Virus record (IMG/VR): IMGVR_UViG_3300031753_000009
Location: 1-53,448 of that record
DNA length: 53,448 bases
Strand: one strand, 5' to 3'
From: a virus
Taxonomy: Duplodnaviria > Caudoviricetes
The notes beneath the pieces are model-generated. The model was not told where the DNA came from, did not search any database, and saw only the letters and a list, made by a program, of their open reading frames with translations. How positions within the stretch are numbered: the first letter of the stretch is position 1; each line of letters opens with the position of its first letter. Positions 36,952-46,026 of the stretch are shown in pieces. The translations under genes were made by a program, and so were the position numbers.

Positions 36952-37898
36952 TATTTTTCTAAAGCCGCTTTGATGAACTCCGCCGCGACTTGCGGGACAA
37001 TCGCATTGCCGGCGGCGCGCAAGCGTCCCACTCTGGCGGATACCCCATGAGCCAAAGGGAAAATGCCGGATTTAACTGGCCGCGCTTTTCCGTCTGTGCA
37101 GGGAAGCCAGTCGAGATTGCTCCATGGGCTTGTTCGCTCAGCGGCTTGCCGCGTGCCTGTTCCAGGCGTTTCGCATGGAAGTAGTCGGTCCCCTCGTTGC
37201 TCTTGAAGTCGCGTGCCGAGGGTGTTGCCCAACTCGCCTGCGTTTGCAGATTCTCGCCGCCTTCTCCCCTCACCCCCGGACCCGTCGAATTGCTCGCCTT
37301 CGGAGAAGCCCATCCAACGAGATCGACCGTTTTCCTCCCGCTGTCCGTGTTGCCAGCTTCGTTGTAACCCTTTTGCGCTGGCGGGCACGCCATCGGCGTC
37401 GGCCACGAACCACAATCGCTGCCTGATGTGCGGCGCCCCGACGCTACAAGCTGGAAGTACGGCCGCCCCGCAGGCGTAGCCTTCGCCTTCCAGGTCAGAA
37501 CAAACAAGATCGAGCCACGAAAGGCCGGATTGCGAAGTAACCTGCTCACCAAGGATCGTTGCCGGCTTGAGAACGCGGATGAGATGCAGCCAAGCGGGCC
37601 ATAAGTGCCGCTCGTCAGCAAACCCGCCGCCTTTGCCCGCCGAGGAGAAAGGCTGGCAAGGACAGCTTCCAGTCCAAACCGGGAAACGATCGGGGATATC
37701 CGCGAGTCGCAGGGCGCAGCTCCAGCCGCCGATGCCGGCGAAGAAGTGACATTGCGTAAAAGGCTTGAGTTCCCAGGGCTTGATATCCTCGATGGAACGT
37801 TCATCCACCTCGCCCTTCGCAATCAGTCCTTGGGAAATCAAGTTACGCAGCCATTGGGCGCAATATGGATCGTTTTCGTTGTAGTAAGCAAGAGTCAT
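36948..37898 (-). CDS. DNA cytosine-C5 methyltransferase, large polypeptide
   Basis: FFAGIGG, GSCPCQPFS, EQV, PHIRQRLW, GNAIVP. Confidence 0.9.
   Translation of the reverse strand: MTLAYYNENDPYCAQWLRNLISQGLIAKGEVDERSIEDIKPWELKPFTQCHFFAGIGGWSCALRLADIPDRFPVWTGSCPCQPFSSAGKGGGFADERHLWPAWLHLIRVLKPATILGEQVTSQSGLSWLDLVCSDLEGEGYACGAAVLPACSVGAPHIRQRLWFVADADGVPASAKGLQRSWQHGQREENGRSRWMGFSEGEQFDGSGGEGRRRRESANAGELGNTLGTRLQEQRGDRLLPCETPGTGTRQAAERTSPWSNLDWLPCTDGKARPVKSGIFPLAHGVSARVGRLRAAGNAIVPQVAAEFIKAALEKY
36959..37822 (-). CDS. Overlapping alternative-frame methyltransferase small polypeptide (start uncertain)
   Basis: WPTP/WASP/WATP repeats and motif IX-like GQLNPAFSLWLMGYPPEW. Confidence 0.65.
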   Translation of the reverse strand: MRRARWMNVPSRISSPGNSSLLRNVTSSPASAAGAAPCDSRISPIVSRFGLEAVLASLSPRRAKAAGLLTSGTYGPLGCISSAFSSRQRSLVSRLLRNPAFRGSILFVLTWKAKATPAGRPYFQLVASGRRTSGSDCGSWPTPMACPPAQKGYNEAGNTDSGRKTVDLVGWASPKASNSTGPGVRGEGGENLQTQASWATPSARDFKSNEGTDYFHAKRLEQARGKPLSEQAHGAISTGFPAQTEKRGQLNPAFSLWLMGYPPEWDACAPPAMRLSRKSRRSSSKRL

Positions 37899-38134
37899 TA
37901 ACGCGAAAGGTCCCATGCCAAAGAAACAATAAGATGAACTAACAAAAGAACGGCGCACGCCAGCAACAGCACCATGCCCACCAGCATGATGTCATCGATT
38001 CCAAAAACGATTTTGACGCCGGTTGTCGAAGCGACAAACGCAAGTCCTATGATAACAAGAACGCCAATGCCGATCGTGATGTTTGCAAGGAAGCGTCCAA
38101 AATGGGCTAACAAATCATCCTTATTTCGCGGCAT
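37898..38134 (-). CDS. Two-TM membrane protein
   Basis: AAGGA RBS; two long hydrophobic stretches. Confidence 0.6.
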   Translation of the reverse strand: MPRNKDDLLAHFGRFLANITIGIGVLVIIGLAFVASTTGVKIVFGIDDIMLVGMVLLLACAVLLLVHLIVSLAWDLSR

Positions 38135-38144
38135 TGTTATTTCC

Positions 38145-38477
38145 TTAAAGATCGCGCCAATTTTCCCGGATGACTTTGGCAATTTCGGGCAGGGGGCGGC
38201 CATCGTCGTTCAAACCGGCTAGACTGCTATCTGGGCCGCCAATATCCCCCGTGCAACTTTTCATGCCGGCTTTAATCATCGCACTTTTCGGCAATACTTG
38301 TGTGGAACGATCATAGCAATACCGGTCGCCATATTGCATGCGTTCGATCTTGAGCATGTAGCACAAATGGCCAAGACAGCACCGCTTCCCTTCTCCGGCG
38401 TCAAGCACGCCAACAGCCTGTTTCCGACGAGGGTTTTCCAGGTATTTGGCCCAAGCGTAAGCTATATTGCGTTTCAT
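38145..38477 (-). CDS. Hypothetical phage protein
   Basis: CCLGHLC...LNDDG...EIAKVI pattern common in small phage proteins. Confidence 0.65.
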   Translation of the reverse strand: MKRNIAYAWAKYLENPRRKQAVGVLDAGEGKRCCLGHLCYMLKIERMQYGDRYCYDRSTQVLPKSAMIKAGMKSCTGDIGGPDSSLAGLNDDGRPLPEIAKVIRENWRDL

Positions 38478-39286
38478 TTGTTGCTTTCCTCGTTTTTGTT
38501 AAGTTCGCACCAACAAGCTGCCGTATGCGGCAGTTCGTTTTTCCAAGCAAGGTCCGAAACAACAAACGGAAAAGGGGTAGGCTTATAAACAAGCATTACA
38601 TATTTCGCCTTACCCTGTCTAACAGAAACAGCATTTTTGACGTTGCCCTGTCTAACAGGAACCGCAAGCGCGTTTTCGAGAGTCCATCCATTTTTCAAAC
38701 GACCATACACAATACTGCGCTTCAAGCCTAATTCCGAAACAACGTCAATAAGCAATTTTCGTTTGCCGTCCAATTCGACATAAACAGAGCGTCGCATATT
38801 ACGCCGCTGCTCTGCCTTGGCCGCCCATCGGCAATTTGTTTTTTCATAATTACCGTTTACATCAATGCGCTCGATTGTATAATCAGGAGCAGGTTTTTTG
38901 CCCATATCTTCCAAAAAATTGGCAAATGATTTCCATCGTTCACATATCGTAATTCCGCGACCGCCGTAATTCTTATAACCTTTATGCTTTTTGTCGGCGC
39001 ATCGCTGCCACATTTTTTCCCAGGAATGGCGCTCCGATCGCGTTAAAGCGGCGGTTGTTGCGGGTCGCCGATAAATCCACCTGTGTCCGTTAACAGCGCA
39101 AGATTTCAAATTTCCCTTTCTCAGCTTATCCCCGCGACAAACAACTTCTTGGCCGCAAGTGCAACGGCATAGCCAGAGAGCGAACGCGCCACCGTTTTTT
39201 CGGGGAAGTGAACCGGCGCGGCGTAACGCGGTCAAATTTCCAAACACTTGGCCGGTTAATTGAATCGCCGATTTACTATAGGCCAT
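38474..39286 (-). CDS. HNH homing endonuclease
   Basis: WLCRCTCG, YKNYGGRGITICERW, TIERIDVNGNYEKTNCRWA. Confidence 0.9.
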   Translation of the reverse strand: MAYSKSAIQLTGQVFGNLTALRRAGSLPRKNGGAFALWLCRCTCGQEVVCRGDKLRKGNLKSCAVNGHRWIYRRPATTAALTRSERHSWEKMWQRCADKKHKGYKNYGGRGITICERWKSFANFLEDMGKKPAPDYTIERIDVNGNYEKTNCRWAAKAEQRRNMRRSVYVELDGKRKLLIDVVSELGLKRSIVYGRLKNGWTLENALAVPVRQGNVKNAVSVRQGKAKYVMLVYKPTPFPFVVSDLAWKNELPHTAACWCELNKNEESNK

Positions 39287-39348
39287 TTAGACACCCCTTC
39301 ATTTATTTTCGTACGCGGTTTGCGTAAATAAGTCAAGGGGTGTCTAAA
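39286..39348. repeat. 14-bp perfect inverted repeat over the HNH ribosome-binding site
   Basis: TTTAGACACCCCTT (39286-39299) / AAGGGGTGTCTAAA (39335-39348). Confidence 0.85.
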
Positions 39349-39697
39349 ATTAAAAATTTTATATGCGGGGACAGACTAAGGTGCCCTCGTTTCCCTCTCG
39401 CAAACGGGCCGTCGAGCGCGCGAAAAAAGCTGCAACCTGGACCGCAACCCGACCACAACCGTCGCGATTTCGATTGGTGTAGTCGAAAACGTGCAGCCTA
39501 AAATAGAACACGCCTGGCGCGAAACGCGCTATTCCCCAATTAAATCAATAGGTAGCACGAGATTTTCCAAACACTCGGTGACAATCCTGTAGCATTGTCA
39601 GCGCCGTTTTCGCGCTCCGAGCGCGACAAGTTGACGCGGGGTAATGAAAAGCGAAGCGGAGCGTGGTAGTTAGGCGCGACGCTCGCGAGAACAAAGC

Positions 39698-40042
39698 ATG
39701 TCTGACACGGAAGCAAACGCTCCCCTAAGCCACTATGCGAATTTTCCCGCCGAGACGCGGACCACACCTCCAATAGATCAATTAATACGCAACCTTGTGC
39801 CCTCCGGTCGCCACCGCGATATCCTCAATTTGCTCGATAACCGCGTCACCTGGAGCGCCGTCAAACACTGGCGCAAAGGCCGGCGAGGAACACCACGTTG
39901 GGTCGTAGAACGCTTCCAGGCGCTGATTGCACCTGCACTGGAATTACAGCCGGGGCCAGGCATTGAAGCCGGCAAATACAATCTGCCAACAATCCGCAAC
40001 AAGCACCTTATCTATTCGCCAAACAAAAAAGGCGCCCCGTAG
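39698..40042 (+). CDS. Putative helix-turn-helix protein
   Basis: VTWSAVKHWRKGRRGTPRWV. Confidence 0.5.
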   Translation: MSDTEANAPLSHYANFPAETRTTPPIDQLIRNLVPSGRHRDILNLLDNRVTWSAVKHWRKGRRGTPRWVVERFQALIAPALELQPGPGIEAGKYNLPTIRNKHLIYSPNKKGAP

Positions 40043-40050
40043 GGCGCCTT
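40025..40050 (-). terminator. Intrinsic terminator
   Basis: AAGGCGCCC-CGTA-GGGCGCCTT with an A-tract on the left, giving a U-tail on the minus strand. Confidence 0.7.
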
Positions 40051-40142
40051 CCGTCTCACTAGCCGCGGGCTTGAACCGCCCAATCTATTTGACGGTCCAA
40101 GTCAGCCTTAGCCTCGGTTCTCGTTCGACCTTCGCCTGGAAC

Positions 40143-40391
40143 TCACACGGCTGCCCGGAACCAGTTGGTGCCGTCACCATTGCTATCGCGGCGATGCTCA
40201 GCGACCTTGCATCCTTTGGCATCGTAGATCGAGCAATAATCAGCGGTGGTGCCGTAACTCTCGGCGTACTGGCGACACTCGCGGATCGTTGCAAACTCGT
40301 CGGTTGGTCCGCGGGACCATGAGCTACCGCCGATCCTAGCGGTATAGGGACCACGGTTGCAATTGGGATGGGTCATTGGGATTGTAGTCAT
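40143..40391 (-). CDS. Hypothetical early-type protein
   Basis: GGAG RBS; TTGACA at 40462-40457 upstream. Confidence 0.65.
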   Translation of the reverse strand: MTTIPMTHPNCNRGPYTARIGGSSWSRGPTDEFATIRECRQYAESYGTTADYCSIYDAKGCKVAEHRRDSNGDGTNWFRAAV

Positions 40392-40500
40392 TTTCGGTCT
40401 CCGTTAAAAGCGCCGTCTAACGGTCGCAACGCCTATTTGATCCTTTCAACTCCCATTGTCAAGCCGCCTGGAAAAATAAAAGGCGTCCTTAAAAGATGCC

Positions 40501-40716
40501 TCATCCAAACGGCGTCTTGCGCTCACCTAGCATGCCATCATCATCAGGGTGCGCAATCATCCATTCTTTGCCAGGGACACAATAAATAGGACCGCAAGCA
40601 TCCACCGTGGAATTAAATGTAGCGCCGCACCGCAAGCATTTCCACACATGCCGCGACGACGGTCGGCCGTTGTGCGGCCAATCGCGAACTGCGTCGGACT
40701 TATTCTTGCGCGCCAT
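40501..40716 (-). CDS. Small Cys-containing hypothetical protein
   Basis: GGAGGGAA RBS; WKCLRCG. Confidence 0.55.
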   Translation of the reverse strand: MARKNKSDAVRDWPHNGRPSSRHVWKCLRCGATFNSTVDACGPIYCVPGKEWMIAHPDDDGMLGERKTPFG

Positions 40717-40777
40717 CGTTGATTCCCTCCTAGCCCCATTGCCGCGCCTAACTGTGACGATTTTGCGACGAGTCATA

Positions 40778-41261
40778 CTACAACCAACGATGTTTTAAAG
40801 CGTAACCAGCTCCCGCATACCATGCCCGCCCCGGCTTTGTCCAATCGGGAGGCTCTTTCTTGCCGCCTTGATGCCAATAAAACTTATCGGCTGCATAAAT
40901 CGCTTTGCGTAATGCATTTGCTTTCGATCCTACGCCGTGTTTGGCCTCGCCCCCAAAAAGCACGTAACCGAGCGAATTAACAACATGAAACCCCATGTCC
41001 ATCCCACACCCGCCAACTACAAAACCATCGCCGCGTTTCGCTCGCCTATACCCCAACACGGTTGCTACCGCATGATTGAGATGAATATCGCGTACTTCCT
41101 CCCCCTCCCCCCTCGCATTTCATCAGCACCACGCGAATCGAACGCGACATGCCAGACCGCGCGACATGATCTATAATCATGTAAACCGTATCTCCCGGTT
41201 TCAACCATTTGCGCAATTGTGCGATTTGCTCTTGTTTCTCAGCTTCCTGCTTTTTTGTCAT
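40778..41261 (-). pseudogene. Conserved-type phage gene split by a 1-nt frameshift
   Basis: LKPGDTVY...SGMSR half and GCGMDMGFH half join if one G is removed from the G6 run at 41107-41112. Confidence 0.65.
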
Positions 41262-41371
41262 AATTCCCTCCTAGCACTGTCCTAGCGGTCGCACCGCGCC
41301 GATCAGCATGAACCTCAAGTCTGCCCGACATGCGCCGAGCAACAAAACCAACAGCGTTTGTGCGAGCCATC

Positions 41372-41575
41372 TCACCACACCTCGCGTTCCAACCGCAAAC
41401 CTTCCCGACGCCCTCGCGCCAGCAACGCTTGCATGTGCGAACTATGCCGCGCTTTCCGAGCGCTGCACTCCGTACGCCCGCTCTTGCCTCGATTATCGCG
41501 CCACTCGATATAGAGCGTCTTTTGCCCGCTATCGCTGTAGTGCCGCACGTACATCCGTTTGATTTTGGCGATCAT
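41372..41575 (-). CDS. Small basic hypothetical protein
   Basis: GGAGGGAA RBS before MIAKIK. Confidence 0.55.
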   Translation of the reverse strand: MIAKIKRMYVRHYSDSGQKTLYIEWRDNRGKSGRTECSARKARHSSHMQALLARGRREGLRLEREVW

Positions 41576-41589
41576 CTTTCCCTCCCGAT

Positions 41590-42207
41590 TCACAACCATT
41601 CGGGCAGTGTCGCGGAGCACACAAACCGAATAGGCATAATCACGCCAAACGCGCGCTCATCGCCAAACTGAACAAGCGCAGGCATTTCCTCATCCGCACT
41701 CAAAATGCGCAAAGCATGCGCTTTGCGTCCAACAAGCATCTCCGCAATCTTACTCATGCGAGTAAGCAAGTCGCTCCGAAAAGCCGGATAGCTTTCATGC
41801 TTCTCCGGGATGCTGGGCACTACGCGGCGCCAATCCGGGAACGTCCCGTCAATGAGACACTTTTCCGATATTGCAACCGTACTCGTAACTTCTCGCAAAC
41901 CAGCATCGTTCAGCGCCACCGTCACCACACGCGCCGTGTCATCTTCAATCCGCACCTCGCGAGTTTCACCTTTGCCGGGTTTGCAACTTCTCAACGCTTC
42001 CGGCGTAAGCCGCACAATCGCATTTCGATCCGTCTCGCCAGTCTCATCGCGAATACAGATAAGCGTGCACCAATCAGTCGCAACAAGTAACACTCCGCCT
42101 GCGACACACGACTCAACATGCACGCCGCATAAATAAAAACGAATAGGATCAACAGGCGCCAACATCATGGTGGCAATCCGGTACAAATTCGCATCAAACC
42201 TAGTCAT
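41590..42207 (-). CDS. Beta sliding-clamp-like protein (short phage form)
   Basis: RFYLCGVHV, LVATD, IDGTFPDWRRVVP, VIMPIR. Confidence 0.75.
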   Translation of the reverse strand: MTRFDANLYRIATMMLAPVDPIRFYLCGVHVESCVAGGVLLVATDWCTLICIRDETGETDRNAIVRLTPEALRSCKPGKGETREVRIEDDTARVVTVALNDAGLREVTSTVAISEKCLIDGTFPDWRRVVPSIPEKHESYPAFRSDLLTRMSKIAEMLVGRKAHALRILSADEEMPALVQFGDERAFGVIMPIRFVCSATLPEWL

Positions 42208-42675
42208 TGATTCCCTCCTATTTCGCTCCACGCTCACTTTCTACTCTTTCAATTCGCTCCCGTCAAGCCCCTAATCACGTCTCGCAACGGCGCAAATCGC
42301 CACTTCCTGCCTTCGCTACGAGGCGTCACGCGCACGTCCTTGTGCATGCCGTAGTCGGACACGCACTGGCGCGGCTTGGTGCGCTTCGCCCGTCGATCCA
42401 CGTCGCTCCATTGCATGTTCCACACTCCATTGTTGCAGGTGATGGGTTACACAACTCGTCACAACCTACCACCACCACTAAAGCATTAAAAACAAACACA
42501 AAATGGAAATATGAAGCCGGTGAAAGGTTTTTTGCACATCGCTATGGATTCATGACGTATACATTGCATATTGTAGCCGTATATATGTATTAACAGCCTT
42601 TCGCGTTTTGCCTTTCGATATACTTTTAACCCTTCATACTATTCAACTATAAATAAATATAATAAAAACAATAAC

Positions 42676-45147
42676 TTACGTATTTATGGTTTGGTGGTGG
42701 GTTGAAGGGTTGGCACCCTCTTCGGCATTCCAAACGGGCAAAACATGCCGCCACGGCCATTTTCCGTAATTCTTTTCCCATATTTTACGCGCTTCTGCTA
42801 ATTCAGGAAAGCGCCACATACTGCAATCCTTGGTGTGAATTACGATGCCTCCAAATTGCGCCAAGAACCGCCCTAAGCGTGTCGGGTTAATTTCATGCGA
42901 CTTTGGCGCGAACTCGCGCAGCATGTTCAAAAGCACATAGGCAGCCACGCGCTCCGACTTGTCCTGCGCCTTTTTCAAGGGTAGCGACCCTTGTTGCAGT
43001 ACGTGTTCCCACCATTCCGCTATCGGAGGCAACGATCGCGCCTTTTGCGCCTGCAATCCTGCCGTCTGCGGCACCATGCGGGGATGCCAGCCTCTCAGGT
43101 CACAGCGCAGCAAGTCATAAAGCATGGCCGCGAGGCCGCCATTCTCCATCTCGGCATTGATCGCCTCAAAATAATCGCGGCAACCGATTTTATCCCCGGA
43201 CACGTCGAACACCGCGAATCGCCGCTCATCCGCCGACGCCGGCACAACCCATTCCGAATTGGCAGCCATGATCACATGCAGGCGATTGATCCACGGGATG
43301 GCGTCAATCCCCTTCTGCTCGATCACGATCGTCGGCTCCGTAAGCATCCCCTTGAGTACCGATTCGCCTTGCTTGTCCCCAGCCCAGAAGGCTTCATCGG
43401 CGAACAACAGAAGGCACGAGCGCAAGTGGCCGTTGAACGAGCCGATCAGATGCTTCGGGCTGTACAGTTGCAGCCCGTGCGTCCCGAAGATGCGGCGCAA
43501 TGCGTTGGCGAACGTCCCTTTGCCGCTCCCCTTGCCTCCGCGGAATACCAGGGCTACCTCGGCGCGCTTGCCTGGATTCTGCACCGCCCATGCGGCCCAG
43601 CGCAGGATGTATTCGGCATAGCTGCGCTCCCCGGCGCCCAGCACTTTGCAAATGTGCTCGCGCATCAGGTTCCACTCGCCCGCCATGGGCTGCACCGCGA
43701 GCCCCGTCCAGAGGTTGAGAATCCCCCCTGGCAACGACGGCGGTTGATCGGGGATGAGGTCAATTCCCTCGAACGAGCGCCTATGCGGCCACTTGAGCCA
43801 CTCCCCGCCAAGCGCCGCGCGCTCCGCAGCTCCGGTCTTGGGATTTATCCCTTTGTCCACATAGCGGTTGGAGTAGCGGTCACGGAACGAATTGAATGTC
43901 TGGAACGACGGCACTTTGACTGTCTCATCGATCTTGCTGGCAACCCACGACATGACCAGGCACTTGCCGCCGATATCTCCGATCACCGCATACTTTTCAT
44001 TCAGCTCGATAAGGGGATTGGCCGGCGTGGCAGCGGCCTGGAAACCTGGAAAGGCAAGAGCGTGCCCGTTGATAGCCCGCCCTGGCTCATCCAAGGCGGG
44101 CTGCGCTACAACGGTCTTAGTGGGAGTTGCGGATACATCGGAGCGTCCGCAGTCAATTGGCATCACCTCCTCTCTTATCTCTCGCGGCGCCTTGCTTGGC
44201 GGCAACCATCCGGGCTGCACGCGCCGCGCTTCGTACACCAGGGTTCCGAAGTCGATATCGGCGGGCGGGCTCGATGCGTAATGCGTCCAACGCGCGTGCG
44301 CCGCCCCTTCCCGCCATTTCCTCGATTTCCTCGACCAGGCGTCGAAAAGGTCTGCCCCCTCGGGCAACCCCTCGAGTGCGCGCCAGCACGCCATACCTAT
44401 GCGATTCCAGGCGTCCCAGCCGATATCTTCGTTAGGAATCACATCCAGCGCCGCCGCCACATCGTCCCACGTCACATTGCGTTGATTATCGAGCGATCGT
44501 TGTGCTAGGTTGCGCGAGGAAGCGCGCTCCCCTGCTCGCATCGGGGATGATCCTGGGAACGATCCAGGATTCGTTGTGCGCTTCCCACCTCGCTCCGCAA
44601 ACCACGCAATGAGCCATTCCGGCGCTCTCGCGAGCGTGTTCTGATTCGCCCATCGGTAGCGATTCCCCGACTTGTGCATCGAGGGCGGCAGCACCACGAG
44701 CCCGCCATCGCCCCGGATATCGAGCCCGTTTCCCGAATTGGTCGGCGTCGGCGAATTGACGGCGAAGAGTAGATGCAAGCCACCACCCGATCGGCCGCTC
44801 ACAACCGCCGCCGTTGGTTCCAGCACCTTACCCGCGGCAATCTGCCGCAACAGGTTGACCCCTTCGGCGGTGTCGATGTCCACCACGGCGATGCCTGAGG
44901 CCGCTCCCGTGATCGCGCCGACGTTCGCATTTGGCCATTTTGTCCACCAGGCGACGATCTGTTCGGCGCTGGTTGAGGCCGCGGCGTGCCCTCGCCCTGT
45001 TTTGATTCGCGGATGTTTGCCGGCGGATAGGCAATCTCGTCCACGCCGGCAGGTGCAACACTCATCGGCGACACCGTGCAAGGGCAGCACGCGCCAGCCG
45101 CGCCCGGCATATTGGAGAGCTGCTTCTAATAGTGGGTTATCGGGCAT
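42676..45147 (-). CDS. Primase-polymerase / PriCT-2 / SF3 helicase fusion
   Basis: AGKHP, VVDID, GLHL, DIRGDGG...PPS.H; WNRIGMA (PriCT-2); GGKGSGKGT, LFADE, EQKG. Confidence 0.9.
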   Translation of the reverse strand: MPDNPLLEAALQYAGRGWRVLPLHGVADECCTCRRGRDCLSAGKHPRIKTGRGHAAASTSAEQIVAWWTKWPNANVGAITGAASGIAVVDIDTAEGVNLLRQIAAGKVLEPTAAVVSGRSGGGLHLLFAVNSPTPTNSGNGLDIRGDGGLVVLPPSMHKSGNRYRWANQNTLARAPEWLIAWFAERGGKRTTNPGSFPGSSPMRAGERASSRNLAQRSLDNQRNVTWDDVAAALDVIPNEDIGWDAWNRIGMACWRALEGLPEGADLFDAWSRKSRKWREGAAHARWTHYASSPPADIDFGTLVYEARRVQPGWLPPSKAPREIREEVMPIDCGRSDVSATPTKTVVAQPALDEPGRAINGHALAFPGFQAAATPANPLIELNEKYAVIGDIGGKCLVMSWVASKIDETVKVPSFQTFNSFRDRYSNRYVDKGINPKTGAAERAALGGEWLKWPHRRSFEGIDLIPDQPPSLPGGILNLWTGLAVQPMAGEWNLMREHICKVLGAGERSYAEYILRWAAWAVQNPGKRAEVALVFRGGKGSGKGTFANALRRIFGTHGLQLYSPKHLIGSFNGHLRSCLLLFADEAFWAGDKQGESVLKGMLTEPTIVIEQKGIDAIPWINRLHVIMAANSEWVVPASADERRFAVFDVSGDKIGCRDYFEAINAEMENGGLAAMLYDLLRCDLRGWHPRMVPQTAGLQAQKARSLPPIAEWWEHVLQQGSLPLKKAQDKSERVAAYVLLNMLREFAPKSHEINPTRLGRFLAQFGGIVIHTKDCSMWRFPELAEARKIWEKNYGKWPWRHVLPVWNAEEGANPSTHHQTINT

Positions 45148-45161
45148 GATCTCCCCGCCGG

Positions 45162-45190
45162 TTGACAAGGAGGCACTGGTTCCCTATAGT
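45162..45190 (+). promoter_or_regulatory. Near-consensus sigma70 promoter
   Basis: TTGACA (45162-45167), 17 nt, TATAGT (45185-45190). Confidence 0.8.
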
Positions 45191-45196
45191 GGGAAT

Positions 45197-45273
45197 CAGT
45201 CGCGGGCGGTCCCCTCCCTCCATCGCGACTTCGACACCTCCAAGACCCTCATCTCCCCGATGAGGGTCTTTTT
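45197..45273 (+). ncRNA. Candidate ~77-nt small RNA with two hairpins and C-rich loops
   Basis: Bounded by the promoter and a 12-bp-stem terminator (45242-45273); first stem AGTCGCG/CGCGACT; 5' end inferred. Confidence 0.65.
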
Positions 45274-45536
45274 GTAGTGTCCGGTATTGTTCCTGCGGCG
45301 TCAATGATCGTCGTTTGTAACAAACTGACATATTATGTGATAAAATATCTCACGGGCTGGGCGCTACTCCAGCTCCCGCCTCTGCATCCGTAATTGATAG
45401 GCGTGTGCACTCCACTCAATTACAAAGCCGCGTGTCTAGCTTTCCACGCCGCCGTGAGACAGGGACTTATTAGCACAGAAAGACCGTGTTTGCCCATCTG
45501 TTTTACTCTGTAACAATTCGTGATTGGATTATTTGA

Positions 45537-45902
45537 TTGTTTCAATATAGGTACGGTGTCAGCGCAAGAACTGGCTCCATGGCATATCCATCGATCACTG
45601 AGCGCATTACCGACGCCCTGGCGGGCAAGGTCTTGGTTGACATCGGGCAATTCAACCCGGCAGATCGTCGCCGACTTGATAGGGAAGTCCGCGCCGGCCG
45701 CCTCGCAAAATGGCGGGGACATTGGTATCCGGATGCTGGCGCGCCGTGGGGTATTGGTCCGCTCAAAATGTGCTGGGGCCTACCCGAGATTCGCGATTAT
45801 CATGTCAACTTTACGCTAAGGACTGAGGGGAAAAATGAAAGATCATCGTTCGATAGCCGCTCGCGCCCTTCGAAAAGGGGACAAAGTGATTCATCCCGAT
45901 GA
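45537..45902 (+). CDS. Hypothetical protein (start uncertain)
   Basis: First ORF of the plus-strand block. Confidence 0.45.
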   Translation: MFQYRYGVSARTGSMAYPSITERITDALAGKVLVDIGQFNPADRRRLDREVRAGRLAKWRGHWYPDAGAPWGIGPLKMCWGLPEIRDYHVNFTLRTEGKNERSSFDSRSRPSKRGQSDSSR

Positions 45903-46026
45903 AGGTGAGTGCATCGTTACAAAAATAAGAAAGTCGGACGGAGCCGTTTTTATTCGCACTGCGGATGGACTCGAAGGAACGTGCAGCGCAGAAATATTAA
46001 AATGGGCAAATGGAGGGGAAAAATGA
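45835..46026 (+). CDS. Small beta-barrel-like hypothetical protein
   Basis: GAGGGGG RBS; LRKGDKVIHP. Confidence 0.6.
   Translation: MKDHRSIAARALRKGDKVIHPDEGECIVTKIRKSDGAVFIRTADGLEGTCSAEILKWANGGEK

Noticed and set aside
39350-39697. Non-coding gap as packaging site or genome end
   Set aside because: Plausible by position, but no terminal repeat or cos-like structure could be shown.
42991-44508. 505-aa plus-strand ORF
   Set aside because: Shadow of the primase-helicase.
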